A DNA stretch of 64,000 nt from Laetmonice hystrix (GCA_965235115.1 OZ249437.1:43400001-43464000); one strand, 5' to 3'. Shown: positions 1 through 18,017, numbered from the stretch's first letter. Numbers and translations: made by a program. Notes: generated from the sequence alone by a model not told the origin.

Positions 1-4936
<4,936 letters not shown>

Positions 4937-5699
4937 TTGTTCCGAAACCACATAACTCGACTGGTTCACGTTTACCGATTCTGTCGCCAGTAAATTTTCT
5001 CTATCACGAGAAAATTTAAATTTCATTCTCGACAGTAAAATACCGACTTAGTGTAAGAGTTACCATTTGATATAGCTTCCTATAAAACATTCTTTCGAAA
5101 AAGTTGCTTTGACATCCCTCAGAGAATGGCAATGGCTTCGCTTTTAAAGAGGGCCCCCATCTAAAGTGAACTTTAAGTCTATTGTTCTTCATATAAATCT
5201 AAATATGTAGGTAGGGTATGTTACCATATAAGTTTGCCCTCTAATAAAATCATGGAAAATATGACTACATGTGTATACTGTATTCAATATCAATGTCCAT
5301 TCAAAGCTGTGATGTGTAAATAAACGATGTACCACACCAAAAGCCACCAATTATTTGGTTATTTGTACGAAATCAACCTTTAACTGTTCCAGTCATGTGC
5401 TCACTTGATTACGATCGATCGCAGTTGTGTACGTTCATCACTCATAGTTCTACCCATAAATGGCAAGTCCCAAAAGGAGACAAACCTTTCTTATCCGCTG
5501 GTTTTAAGTCCTATATCCTAATGTTTCATAACTTAAGTGGCCAGACACTGAATGCACAAAAGCGGCCTAGTCTCCAGTCCACATAATAGACCTAGTTCAA
5601 TCTTTTTCCCAGCACGGCAACGGTTTGTCAGCCTCCTATAGATCTAGTACCGGTAGTTAGGCTAGACTTTGCAACCACTAAAACATTATTTCATGACAT

Positions 5700-8460
5700 C
5701 TCACACCTCGAGGACCCTGCTAACAGTACCAGGCCATGAAATGTATATATTTCACAGATCAAACGCAAGGGAGCATCTGACATACTACACCAGTGATCAT
5801 AAACAGAGACCTTTGGCATCCTCTTCTTGACGTTATGGTCCTCTCCGTGGTCATCCACCTAATCAATGAAAGGGCAATTACGAATTATTATAATTTCAGT
5901 TAATGTTAAATTAAGACAGTCACAATATTTTCTTTCTTTATTACACCTTCAAATCCACCCTGGTGTTGGAAGTCCTTTGCCTTCATCGTCTTGTGCAGTC
6001 CTCTCACTGATCCTGTGGCTCGCTGCACTATAAATAGCTCATCAATTATGCATAACAACAATTTCGAATTCACCTTGGCCCCTAGAAATCGGGTTCGTTC
6101 CTCGTCTATGGCACTCTGCTTTCGTCCACAGATTTGACCTGATGTTCTTTGCCATCCTCGTCTTGTGTAGTCCTCATCTTGGTCCTGTTATCAAGCCCTC
6201 GATGGTCCTCTGACCTATGGGCAGAGCATCAATTAACGGCATGCATCATGACAAATTCCAAATCACCTTGGCCTTCTGAAATCCTTTGTCATCTTCGTCT
6301 TTGGCTTCCTCATGTCCCTGTCTTTGCCTTCCTTATCTGATACAGTGTTGTCCATGGTCCTGTGATCCTCTGCCCTATAATAAGTAGTTCAATTATGTAA
6401 GCCAACATTTTATAATTCACCTTATGCTCCAAAGGTCCTTTGTCGCCCTCTTCTTTGGTCTCCTCATATCTTTTGTCATTGGCGTCTCGTGTAGTCATCC
6501 CCAAGCTCGGTCCTATTAGTCCACTGCTTGTTTCCCACCTTGTTAATAGAACATCAGTTATGCATGACAATTTTAACTTCTCGTTGGCCTTCTAATGTCT
6601 CTTACCATCCTTACCTTGGGCCTCGTATTGCCCTTTACCATACTCTTCTTTGGCCTTGTGAAGTCCTTTGCCGTCCTCATCTTAAACAGCCCTCTCCTTT
6701 GTCCTGTGATCCTCTGGCCTATAAGTAGAACTTCAATTATGCAAAACAATTTCAAATTCACCTTAGCCTCCTGACGTCTTTTGCCATCCTCATCTTTGGC
6801 CTCCTGATATCCGTTGCTGTCCTTATTTTGTGCAGTCCTCTCACTGGCCCGTGGTGCTCCGACCTATAAGTAGAACACCAATTCAAATGTGCATGACAAT
6901 TCACCTTGCATGGCCTCCTGAAATCTGTTGCCGTCCACATTTCTGGCCCCCTCATGTCCTTCAGCTTGTCCTTGTTGTTCCAGTGGTAGCTTTGGTCCTG
7001 CAGTCCTCTGGCCTATATAAGTAGAACATAAATGATGCAAGATAAACATACTTCAATTCACCTTAGTCTCCTGAAGTCCACTGACATCCTTGTTCTTTGG
7101 CCAGTTGAAGTCCTCTGCCATCTTTATCTTGTGAAGTCCTTTCCTTGGTTCTATGGATCACTGATTGATCCCCGCCCTATAAATAGAACATCAGTTATGC
7201 ATGACAACGATTTCAACTTTACCTTGGTGTCCTGAAGTGTGCTGCCACATCTGAACCTTTGGCCTCCTCAGTCCTGGTATCCTTTGCAATCTAGTCCTAT
7301 GATCCTCTGCTCTAAAGGTAGATCATCAGTTATGAATGACAACAAATTCCAATTCACCTTGTTTTTTAACCTGTTTCCATCCTCATCTTTGGCCATGCCA
7401 TGGTCATCTTATGTAGTACTCATCTTAGTTAGTTCTGTGGTGCTCTTCTTGGCCCTCTAACCTATAAGCAGAACATCAATCAATGCATGACAACGAATTT
7501 CATTCACCTCAGCCTCCTGAAGTCGTGTCATTCTGCTCTTTGATTCCCTTACGTCTTTTGCCTTTCGGCTTTCCCCTCTTGCGCAGTCCTCTTCACGGTC
7601 TAATGTCCCTCTTCTTCATCATGTCCTATTAATAGAACATCAATTAGGACAGTTGTCCCCTTTGACCTTCTGAAATCCTCTTCCATCCTCCTGCTGTGAA
7701 GATTTCTCCTGGGACATGGTCCCTTTAGTTCATGCTTGATCGTCTGCATTTTGAATAGAACATCTATTATTTAGGACAAACAAACAATTTAAAATTTACC
7801 TTTGGCCTCCTGAAACCTGCTGCCATTTTTTTGTCTTTCCAATCCTTTACCCTCTGTACGTGGCTCCAACCTTGTAAATAGAAAATCAGTTAGGAATGGG
7901 TTTAATTTTATACCGTCTCAGTTCCTTCAGTCTTTTTAGACAATCAAAGAGAGCAGACCTTGTAGTCGCCTCCATGACCATGGGTCCCAACCTAATTTAG
8001 TGAAAATGCAACTACGATTAATTATTGCCCTACATTAACGCAAGGTTGTACTTTTTTAGTTATTTCAAACCTTTAAAAGCGTTTCTGAATGTAGAATTCC
8101 ACAGCATAATCCATTAGCATAAGATCTCGAATGCCCAAGCCTCCGCCTCCAACCTTTTACAGATCAGTAACGGTGTGATTGAGCACCATGAGAATCCCTC
8201 CAAACCAAAGTGTTTCCTACAATTCGGCTTAGATCTAGACTCTAGGCCCATTACCTGACTGTTTTCAGGTCGGTAACACCTCAAGTAGAGGTCAGACAAT
8301 GGCGTCAGTGCAACTAAACGTCTCAACCTACTTCCTCTGGCTTACAGCTCTGTAAAAAAAGTTATCCACAGCAATAGTCCACTCCGTGCAAGATTCTTAC
8401 CTGAGCTGATGCTAGAGTTATGGAGAGATTCCTTGAAAATGCGTCGACAGGCCTATAGAT
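5700..8460 (-). pseudogene. Degenerate tandem array of about 13 exon/intron-like units (decayed repeat-protein gene or spliced lncRNA)
   Basis: A conserved ~50-bp AT-rich block recurs near 6030, 6215, 6375, 6540, 6720, 6865, 7015, 7178, 7312, 7462, 7627, 7752 and 7872. On the minus strand it reads AAG|GTGAATT...TGCATAATTGATGTTCTACTTATAG|G. The blocks separate purine-rich 70-160 bp segments that are homologous to each other. Stops and frameshifts prevent a continuous ORF. Confidence 0.55.
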
Positions 8461-8950
8461 CCGCCGTTTAAAAAATGGTGTTGATTTTTCGGCCTGTGGA
8501 ATCCGTTCTGCATCCACGCCTGCACTACGCTAGCCGTTGAGCACGTGGCAGCGTGTATACGCCAGAACGACCGCATAACCACCGCCGACGACACGCCACA
8601 AAAAAACTTACGGTCGTCTGATTTAATTACCAGGGCGGGGGCGGGGGGGGGCGCACCTGGGGCACGTCCCTTGAGTTGACTATCTATAGATGAGTTGACC
8701 GAGCATAGTTGGGGGGGGGGGCGGGGGGTTGTAATCAAAAACCGCGACATTAATGTGGCCTTGTTTGTAACTACGTCAGAACGTCTGCCCCCGCCCCTTT
8801 ACATAGGCTACTTGTAGCGTGGCCTATAATAGTCCTAGATGCCATTACGTAATAGGCCTATTAGTTACCAAGTTAGCAAGTCCTACCATGCATGATGAGC
8901 TGGTTCCTGGAGTGTGTTTCAATATAGGCCTATCTTTTACTTTGCCAAAG
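8450..8950. promoter_or_regulatory. Candidate CpG-rich (possibly bidirectional) promoter upstream of EIF2B3
   Basis: Locally CpG-rich. Contains GC-boxes (GGGCGGGG ~8634, ~8721), TTACGTAA at ~8846 and a CRE half-site. A strong minus-strand donor (CAG|GTAAG) lies at ~8400. Located 1.2-1.7 kb upstream of the EIF2B3 ATG. Confidence 0.35.
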
Positions 8951-9374
8951 ATGTCTTAAATTCAGTCTGGAGGGGGAGAGAGCGAGTGTTTCAATAAAAA
9001 GCCTCGCACCTGGCCGCTCAGCGAGGTTTTGAGAGACCTGTTTGAAACGCGCACCTGGGCTGGTTCCCTCGCTAGGTGGCTCTGCGGTCGATTACCGACT
9101 GTGGTAGTACTCAATAGGGGGCGCCAGCAGATGCCTTTAGAACCTCTATTATCGCTCAAGTCCATGCAATCCGATGCAGGCAGGAAACCATATGTTGTAT
9201 ATTGACGGTTAGTAAAGTTATATCTGATGAGTTTGTTCCCCTTTCGTTTAGTAGTGAGAGATTTCTTTATAGGTATAGAAAGGTCCACATAGTAGATCTA
9301 ACAGGTTCGTTCAGCGTTCAGCAGTTTTGGCACCTTGACTGTGTCTTGAGCTCAACGTCTGACAAGTTGTGAGG

Positions 9375-9876
9375 AATGCCAGTGAAAACGTCCCCATGCA
9401 AGAACGTCCCTAAGTGAAAACGTCCCCAACCACCACCGGTCATATGTCCGCCCCTCGGCATGCTCCCGCTGATCCACTGGGTGGAAAATGTATTCCATGA
9501 AAAGAATGATTTTACTTTGTCTTTGGGCCATACTTTGTACTTTCGAAGGCCGATGTCATGAAATGTGTTCCGCGAGGAGGTAGGGAAGGGAGAGGAGGGC
9601 TTGGATATGCCGGGAACACGGGCGGCAGGGTTGGGCGGACACGACCGGGTGGATTTTGCGAGGGGTGGACATGTTGGGCATTCTCTCAATCTAATATAAC
9701 TTTATAAGGCCTGTAACATGGTATCACACTAGCATGTAACAAACAATTCACAAATTATAGAGTCTATGATATATAGGAACAATACATAGGCCTAATCATG
9801 CCAATGGGGACGTTTCATCTTGGGGACGTTTTCACTTAGGGACGTCTTTGGTTGGGGACGTTTTCACCTGACACCG
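9375..9876. mobile_element. Foldback/MITE-like element with repeated subterminal motif GTGAAAACGTCCCC
   Basis: The left arm (~9382-9431) has 3 motif copies. The right arm (~9806-9876) has 4 inverted copies ending ...GGGGACGTTTTCACCTGACACCG. The left terminus is degenerate and no TSD was identified. Confidence 0.7.
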
Positions 9877-10183
9877 TTGTGAGTTGTGTTGTGACTGTCA
9901 CTGCCAGTGTCAGTTGTATGAAATATTGTGTAATCCTGTGACAGTAGTCAGTCGGTGTATATTCTGATCCTACCTACCCCCTCTGAATCACGATCTGTTA
10001 CCATTGGCATTGGCCATTACCTGCTAGCCATTACCAAGCCAGATGTTACCATGTGATTCAGTCAATACACACCTGTGACAGGCTGGATAAACACCGTAAA
10101 GTTTTATGTGTAATTATGTTTCAGAGCTGGAAAACAAATATTTTAAACTTAAAGGCAGGCTCTGAAAGGACGAAGGATCAGAC

Positions 10184-13100
10184 ATGGAATTTCAAGCAGT
10201 GGTTCTTGCAGCTGGGCGGGGGTCTCGCATGACTGACCTGACATCCAGAACCCCAAAGTCGCTGCTTCCGGTAGCAAATCAACCTATGGTATCTTATCCA
10301 ATCAAGATGCTTCAAAAAGCAGGATTTGAAGGTCAGTTTCTGCAATTATTTCCAACTTTTAACAATACTCAGAAAAAATTGAACAATGCTTCGATTGGAC
10401 CAAACATATGAATTTTGATATCTCAGGTATCAGTAATCAGCAAATTGTATTATTATTATTATTAAAACATTTAGATTGCTAATTTCTGTGTTTCCAATAT
10501 AATTCCAAAGTTAAGGTATAAATTGAAAAACAGAAAGTTGCAACCCAGATATCAATCGTTTTTAGTAGGAGAACATGGTTTTGTTAGCATTGGTTTTATT
10601 TCAGAGGCGATTATTGTGGTGCCTGAAGTATCATTAATAAACATCCAGAAGGCTCTTGTTGATGTTTGTGGGGTTACAATGAGACTGGACTTTGTGGCTA
10701 TTCCTATGGCAGAGGATTGGGGGACAGCAGACACTCTACGACATATAAAGGACAAAGTTACGGTAGGAATCAATTGGACTTTGGGATTTTAACAAATAAA
10801 TTTAAGTTCAGAACACCATAAGCATTCATGTGTTAACATGTAATGTAGTTAGATTATGTAGAATTGGCCATCATATTAGTAATTTGTAGTTATCATAAAT
10901 GGTGATTTGTTCTTTGAACTTTAAAGATTGAAGTAGATCTTTTCTGCACCTCGGAATATTGTTAAATTTTTCGTTTGCTGCTGAGGTTATTCTTCATGTT
11001 TGTTATGATTCCAGAAAGATTTGTTAGTGATTAGTTGTGACCTGATCACTGATGTGGCCCTGCACCATTTAGCTGACCTGCATCGCACATATGATGCATC
11101 AGTCACCATGCTGCTTGCCCATGCACCAGACACAACTGATATGGCTGCACCAGGGGGCAAGGCCAGCAAGAAGATAGGTTTGTTGACAAAAGTAACATGG
11201 AAAGTAGGAACAAATACCTTGTGCAAAGCTTGTTATTGCAAGGGAACTTTATTGATGACAAGTAAAAGTGGCTGTTGAAGGTCTGACCTGCCGCAAATTG
11301 CAACAGTTTGGTCAAAGTCATGCAACCACACATTCCTCAAAGTTCCAATATGTCTGAAATCTTAAATTGGTGAAAGTATTAGTCAGAGGTCTATATATTG
11401 AATGAAATATTAAATATTTTTCTTAGAAATGCAAACCAAATTTATTTTATTTTCATTGCAGAGCGAGACATAGTTGGATTAGATGAACGGGGATCACGAG
11501 TGTTATTTTTATCCTCAGAAGCTGATTTTGAGGAATCCATATCATTTAAGAAGTCTTTTTTTAAAAAGTAAGTTTTATCAAGGTCTACTCATAGGGTTCA
11601 GAGTATCCGTTAACAATTGGAACCTTAACTTTTGGAATAGGATCAGAACATATATCTTGAATTATCCCAGGCATTCTCTAATATCCTTACTAAGATTATG
11701 ATAATACTCCTGCCCTTTTGAGATGCCAAACTGTTGACTGTCTTCAAAGTAATATATAATTTTTTAGATTGGAATTGAACCGTTTGTTGAAAGGTGTAAA
11801 TTGTCATGAGATACATCATCTTTATCCAAAACATAGACACCCAAACATGACAATGCGGACAAAGCTAATTGATGGTCACCTTTACCTCCTAAAACGATGG
11901 GTCCTTGATTTGCTAACACGAGATAGGTGAGATACTTACATGCGGATATTGTCCTTTTCTCAGAAATCTACTAGCAATTATTACAGATCTCTTGAAATAA
12001 TTTTAAAAATTTACTGATGTGTATAAAGTAAAATTAGTGATTTTAACTGACATTTAATGACATGTAACAGCTGACATTTAATAATATTCCAAGTGGGTTG
12101 CTTTGTTTCATTGGGCTTAAAGTCATGAACTTTTGATTTTATGTTAAGGCACCTAATGATCTCATAGCAGGAGGGCAGGTTTTTTTCAATGAGTAGGACA
12201 TTGGATTTATTTTCTTTGAGTAGGTCTATATCAACCATCAAGGGGGAGTTGATACCTATGTTGGTGCGTAAGCAGTTTGCCAGCAGCCAAGCCAAGCCAG
12301 CAGAGACAGAGTCCACCCTTGGTGACCTTTCAGTAGTGTCATTAAACACAACTCCAGGTAGGCGGATCCATCAATCATATACTGTCAGTCATAAATTCAT
12401 GACTCTACCATAATATATAAACCAATAAATCAAAAATTGGCATACAACAATTTTCTTTAACAGATTTTGTTGTAATTGGTGTTTAAATGATCATGTAACA
12501 GAAATTGTTCTTGGTAAATTAACTGTGTGATTTGAAGTGTTCAGTGTGTCAAGAATATTGTGCAATCACTCTTAACCTAATCTTCTTTTTTTCAGATATT
12601 TATTCATGTTCAAATCAAGATGACACAATGAAGCTTGCACAGCAAATGTCTACATGGATCGATCATCGTGGTGATATGCAAGACTGTTTCCATGGAGACA
12701 GGATCCGTTGTTATGCACATGTCCTTGACAGTGGATTATGTCTGCGAGCAAATACCTTGGTAACATATTGTGAGGCAAATAGACAAGTAAGTACTTACAA
12801 GCTCATGCTAAAATCAGTATCATCCCTTTTTCTGATCAGTTGATCGTTTTATTTGGACAGTCTGGGTGCATGATTAGGATGATTAGCCTCATTGCTGAGA
12901 GTACCACAGTCAGTTCTGATGGACTGGTTCTGTTGATGGACAGGTTCCCAAACAGCTGTCTACACTGATGGCTGCTGATCCAGATGTGAAACTACCACTC
13001 ATCCACCCTGCTGCCTCCATTCAACAAAAGTCTCAGGTTTGAGTTCATATTTTTATACCATACCTACATAGTTACCATAGTCATGCCTCTGTAATAGTAT

Positions 13101-14054
13101 TGACTTGGCTCATGTAGACTGCATTCTAATGTAATTTTTTCTTTGAATTTTATATTTGTTTAGAATTGAATAACAGAAATTAAGTTCATCTTACAAATGA
13201 TAAAATAAACGTTCTTCTTCTTTAGGTTGGCTCAGACAGTATGGTAGGAGAGGGTACAACAATAGCCGAGAAAGTGGGAATAAAGCGATCCATCATTGGC
13301 CAACACTGCACCATAGGGGAGAAAGTCAAAGTCACAAACTCCATTATTCTCGATCATGTGACCATTAAGGAAGGGTAAGAATTATTTTCCTGAAAAGTGA
13401 TAACTCTTCCATTACCTATCAAATGTCCGATTTTGATCTCTATAGCAATAAATGGCTACACTGTAATGATGTGTTTCAGGTCTACGTTAACAGGGTGCAT
13501 TGTCTGCTCAAATGCTCATATCGCCGACAAGTGTGAACTCAAAGACTGTCTTGTTGGGGCCAGTCAGAACATAGTGTCCATGGGTAAGAAATTACAACCT
13601 AATTATCAGTGACTAGTTTAGGAACAAATCTGTCAATTTATATTAAAAGGTAGGCAGTCCTACTTGGAACATCAGTATTCAACATTTACAGGCATTTGAC
13701 CCCATCAAAATAATAAGTGTCAAACAAATTTCAAGGCCTTCACTACTTGGTCGCCAATTCGCCAATAGCAATTAGTTTCTTAAATTCGTGAAGAAATTTT
13801 CAGAATGGCAATAGTTTTGGTGACTTGTACATCGAGATCTCTTCCAGCAAGGACACATACATATGCTGGCTACCAGGGTTGAATTTTGGCTAATAAAACA
13901 ATGATTTGGCTAATTCATAAAAGTTGCACTTTTCACATTACTGTGATTTATTCTTTGGTGGGTGACTTGTAAGTCATGAATATTACTCTTTGTCTTTTCA
14001 GGAAAGTTTACAAATGAAGTAATCGTGGATTTAGACCGAATGATGGAAATCTAG
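10184..14054 (+). CDS. EIF2B3: Translation initiation factor eIF2B subunit gamma; 11 coding exons, 462 aa
   Basis: Exons: 10184-10331, 10605-10762, 11015-11177, 11462-11567, 11837-11926, 12224-12357, 12596-12786, 12944-13036, 13226-13374, 13480-13583, 14002-14054 (TAG). Total 1389 nt, all GT-AG and phase-consistent. Motifs: N-terminal [76 protein letters not shown], and C-terminal left-handed beta-helix hexapeptide repeats. AATAAA at ~14111 and ~14281. Confidence 0.96.
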
Positions 14055-15591
14055 TGAGAAGAATCAAAAGAAATACTTCTTCCAACAAAAAGGTGGACTA
14101 GAGCTAACACAATAAATGCTGGTTTTCATGCAGGGTTCCAAGTGTTGAAAGGTGTTGTTGGTGTGATGGTAAAGCTCCAGTGTATCATCATTATAATCTC
14201 CTTAGCTTTTCAGAACTTGGTTCTGACAAGAATGTATGTGTGAAAGGCAAGTCTTTTTCACATTTCGATGAAGTTATGAGAATAAAGGGTGTAATATGGA
14301 AGAACAACCTACATTGTACTAATCATTCATGGTATTTATAGCTCATAGATCTAAGGCTATTACGTGTATATATCTCCAGGCTCCCACATCCCCCCCCCCC
14401 CCCCCCCCGAAGCGTATCCCGATGATCTGCCCATGGAAGAACGTACATTCCATAGTTGTAATTTGAGCTTTCGTTCTCGACATCAAGCATGAACATCGCA
14501 AGTTTTGTACTTATTGTGCCACGGGGGAATCCATTCATCAGAAGAGAAAAAGGTCTCCAAAAGACCTTTCTCGTGAGTGAGGGACCTAATCCCTGCTGGG
14601 AGTTAAGATGGCACGGCGGAGTATCTCGTCGTTTTGAGGGAAAATTTCTTACATCAGTACTAAACTTGGGTTAAGATCTCGGCCGTAGTATCCAATGTTG
14701 GGCGAATTTATTTGTCCCAGATCTAAGTATTCAGAGGACCTCCGCCCCCCCCCCCCCCAACCGAGTCTGAGGTAGCTACCGGTACTTATCAATGCCTGCT
14801 GGAAATTAATTTAGGGTGGGGATTGAGTGCAATTGAGATCTAACTGGACTAAATGAAATCTCAAACTGTAATCAGGGTCTTACACTGGGCAAACAGAACG
14901 TATAGCAAAGCATAGAAAACAGAATGTATCGATGGAAGCGAGTAGCTACCAGGCGTTCTCCTAAAGTCAAATGATTAAAGTCAAATCAAGGTCACCAAAT
15001 CATAAAGCTACGAACAACACGTCATTTTTATGTATTAACTTTTATTTAAGAATTTTCTTGATTGAAGATTCGATATTTTTGCTGACAATAACTTATTCAT
15101 CCCTCTTTTTAATTCTCTGTATACAAAGTGATCTCCATCGCTTTAATATTTGGAAAGGGCCTACGGCCTACCCTACATTCGAGCATGTGGTTTATTCATT
15201 CACAACTGATTTGTGACACATTGTTGAAGACACACCAGGTAATACACAGCGATGTGCAGTACAGGGTAAACAAAACAAAACAAGGTGAACAACAACAACA
15301 CCATCATTTTCATCATCTTGACAAGATCTGGGAAGGGGAGCATATTCCACTGACTGGACTCGTGGGATCAGATTGCATAGATGGTCATTTCCACCCCGTG
15401 CTTGGTATCTACTTCTTGGAATTGCGCATTGTTTTATGGTTGAATGTTGCCGGCTGAACCGCCCGGTCCTACTCGGGCTGTGGGCCACAATGGACTGAGG
15501 TATTAACAGTTAAAGCGTCTGGTAAGCACGTATAGTCGGAAAGCAAAACGTCACACCATCGACTCGCTTTCCGGCGCAACCAGTCGGTTCC

Positions 15592-15607
15592 TCACCAGAT
15601 GGCGCTG
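15592..15607 (+). promoter_or_regulatory. Candidate CTCF site
   Basis: TCACCAGATGGCGCTG is close to the CTCF core CCACCAG(A/G)(T/G)GGCGC. Confidence 0.35.
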
Positions 15608-16205
15608 ACAGCCACACTACAAGAAGCGACGGACTGAGACGCACATGAAGACACACACCCGAGCCGCCCACCAAAACAACCACAGAGCAAATATGTGCGC
15701 AATGTCGGCAACAGGACAGCTGGCCCTCCTATTTTGATCATTCGTCTTTCTTTTGTCACCCTCTTTGTATAATATTTTCTTCATTCTTGGGTTTCCATAA
15801 AATCTAGTACATATGTTGGAATGAGCGACGATTAATGTCCAATTCTGTACAGTTGTAATTAGTAGGTCTATTGTATACATATAAACGCGTGAAATCTAAA
15901 CATTGAGCCAGAAACCGGTTCTAGTGTTTCACACACGGCAGACGAACTAGCTGATCCATGTATCACGCGCCTAAACAAGTACAGCACTAACCTACTTTCG
16001 GAAATTGGTTGTTTGTGCATATGTAGCAAACATACAAATCGTACCGTCCAATTCCTGCCTCCCGATTTTATTAGTGCATTTTCAAATAAAGGCAATAAAC
16101 CTGGGTAACCAACAAAAAAGGAGACATGAGAACTTGGTCCTCATTTGGTCATAATGCTTCACCGACGCAGAACAGAACCTGTCCATTGTATACAATTTCT
16201 GCCAG

Positions 16206-17750
16206 CCTTTTACAAATCGACAAAATGTACGGCTTGGATATTGCCGAGCTCTACAGGCATCTGAAGGTATATATACCGAAGATCTCTACTTTAATCAATA
16301 CAAATCTATGGCAGGGGAATATAACTTTAAATAATAAATTCTGAGATCATGACGTCACCCAAAGGAGTATAAAGTGCGGGGAATATTAAAAGCAAATAAG
16401 TTTTAACAGGAAAGGAATGCCTCTCAAAATTTTCGGCCAAATCCACTTGAGATGATAACGATCTTAAAGTCTTATAATTGTGAATTGAGACTGGGCCGAT
16501 AATCGAGCATTTTTTTAGAGAATATTTCCTATTAAGGATTTGAACACTTTTTCTATCGCAATATGGTTTTACGAACTTTGTTGCTCTACAGAATGCCACA
16601 ATATCGAGGGACTTATTTCATAGTTCATGTCTGACTGACAGCATATCTCCAACATAAATCCAAGTCAATCATCAGTTATTTTTTTGTTTTCCATTATTTC
16701 TGTTGCTCCCTTTTCGTTATTTTACCTATAAGTGACTTTTTTTCATAGCAAGCATTTACTGGTATTTGCAAGTGTGCAACTACAAAGCCTGCTTCAACAT
16801 TCAGCCCATAATGTCACCTGTATTGCACATACCAGGACTCACACTTTTCTCATGAAACACTTCATATGGAAATATTTGAAATTGTTGGACAAGATGCTAT
16901 CACAATGCTATTGATATAACGAGGTATATAACCAGACAAGGTGCCACAGTGAATCAGAATCCTGGTACACATGTACTTGCTTCGCTAAAACTACGTCAAA
17001 CCATCTGGAATTCAGTACAAGTACCTGCACATAATCACTTTTGTCCTATGGAAAAACCATCTACGACCAGATACCTCTTTTACCACGTTTGATTCCGTGA
17101 GGATTCATGAAAATAAAAAGTCGACTACACCACATGGCTTTATAAATATTGCATACTACGTCTTTATGTGGTGTATGGAATTTGCGGTAGGCCTGTGATC
17201 GCCCGGCATATTAAACAAGCGTTGTCGTCAACAGCAGCAGATGAGGCGGTTTGGTGCCTGCTAGATCACCCTAACTTTGACGTTTACAAGTGGTTGGATG
17301 CTTGCAGTGGGTATTTACCACACATGAACTCAGACCAGCTACTTTACGGAATGGCTAGACTCTTCTTTTTCATTCTTCTGTTTTACATTTTTTGAAAGAT
17401 GATAGTACAAATGTTTGGAGGCCATCCCTAAAGCCGGGTATATATGCTACACAGCAGCATTTCCCTCCATACATTGTGACAGCAAGTCTATTATCCAGGA
17501 GGTGCGGGTATTTGGTTGGTTGGTTTGGTACTCGTCTAAACTCACAACTATTGTTATCTCATATTCACCAACTTGTAGAGAACAGAGACTATTCCGTGCT
17601 GAAGAGGTATTATGCCTGGTAAGGAAAACCTCAGTCGATTTTTTGGTCGTAATCCCCAGTATATTGATACCAGTACGATGTTTATAAAACAAAAGTTCGC
17701 GAGTGACTCTTGTTGCTAGGAGACATATGGCAGTGGACTAATTCATAGAT
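16206..17750 (+). other. Unidentified multi-exon coding-like series (novel gene or pseudogene)
   Basis: AG/GT-bounded segments that are open and phase-compatible in part: 16206-16266 (LLQIDKMYGLDIAELYRHLK), 17191-17306 (PVIARHIKQALSSTAADEAVWCLLDHPNFDVYKWLDAC), 17399-17501 (DSTNVWRPSLKPGIYATQQHFPPYIVTASLLSR), 17579-~17619 and ~17716 onward. Plus-strand AATAAA at ~18205. The intervening candidate exon (~16750-16924) has two TAA stops. No family recognised. Confidence 0.3.
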
Positions 17751-18017
17751 CGTGATGAGCAAGATCTATTTGCAATCCTTCTTTGTCTGAGAAACGAGGC
17801 CATGTCGATAAATGCAAACCCATACCAACATCTGTTAGGATGAGAACAAAAGTGAGGGGAAGAGAAAAAAAACTAAATGAGGTATATCAGTTTGGCGTCC
17901 AGCCACCATCTTGGTCCTTATGAGAGGGAATGCCAGAAGTACGGGTGGCGCCACCTATGTGTAATGAAGGCGCATCGTACCCTCGTCACACATTGAACAG
18001 GTTCGAGTTTCTCCTCA

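Noticed and set aside
5900-7930. CRISPR-like look (conserved ~50-bp repeat separated by variable segments)
   Set aside because: The context is eukaryotic, the repeats are highly degenerate, the 'spacers' are homologous to each other, and there are no cas genes.
9318-9689. 123-aa minus-strand ORF
   Set aside because: It lies mostly within the foldback element and no transposase motifs were seen.
12860-12925. Possible C/D-box snoRNA in an EIF2B3 intron (ATGATTA...CTGA...CTGA)
   Set aside because: The C box is non-canonical, there is no convincing terminal stem, and I recognised no rRNA-complementary guide. A snoscan run would be needed.
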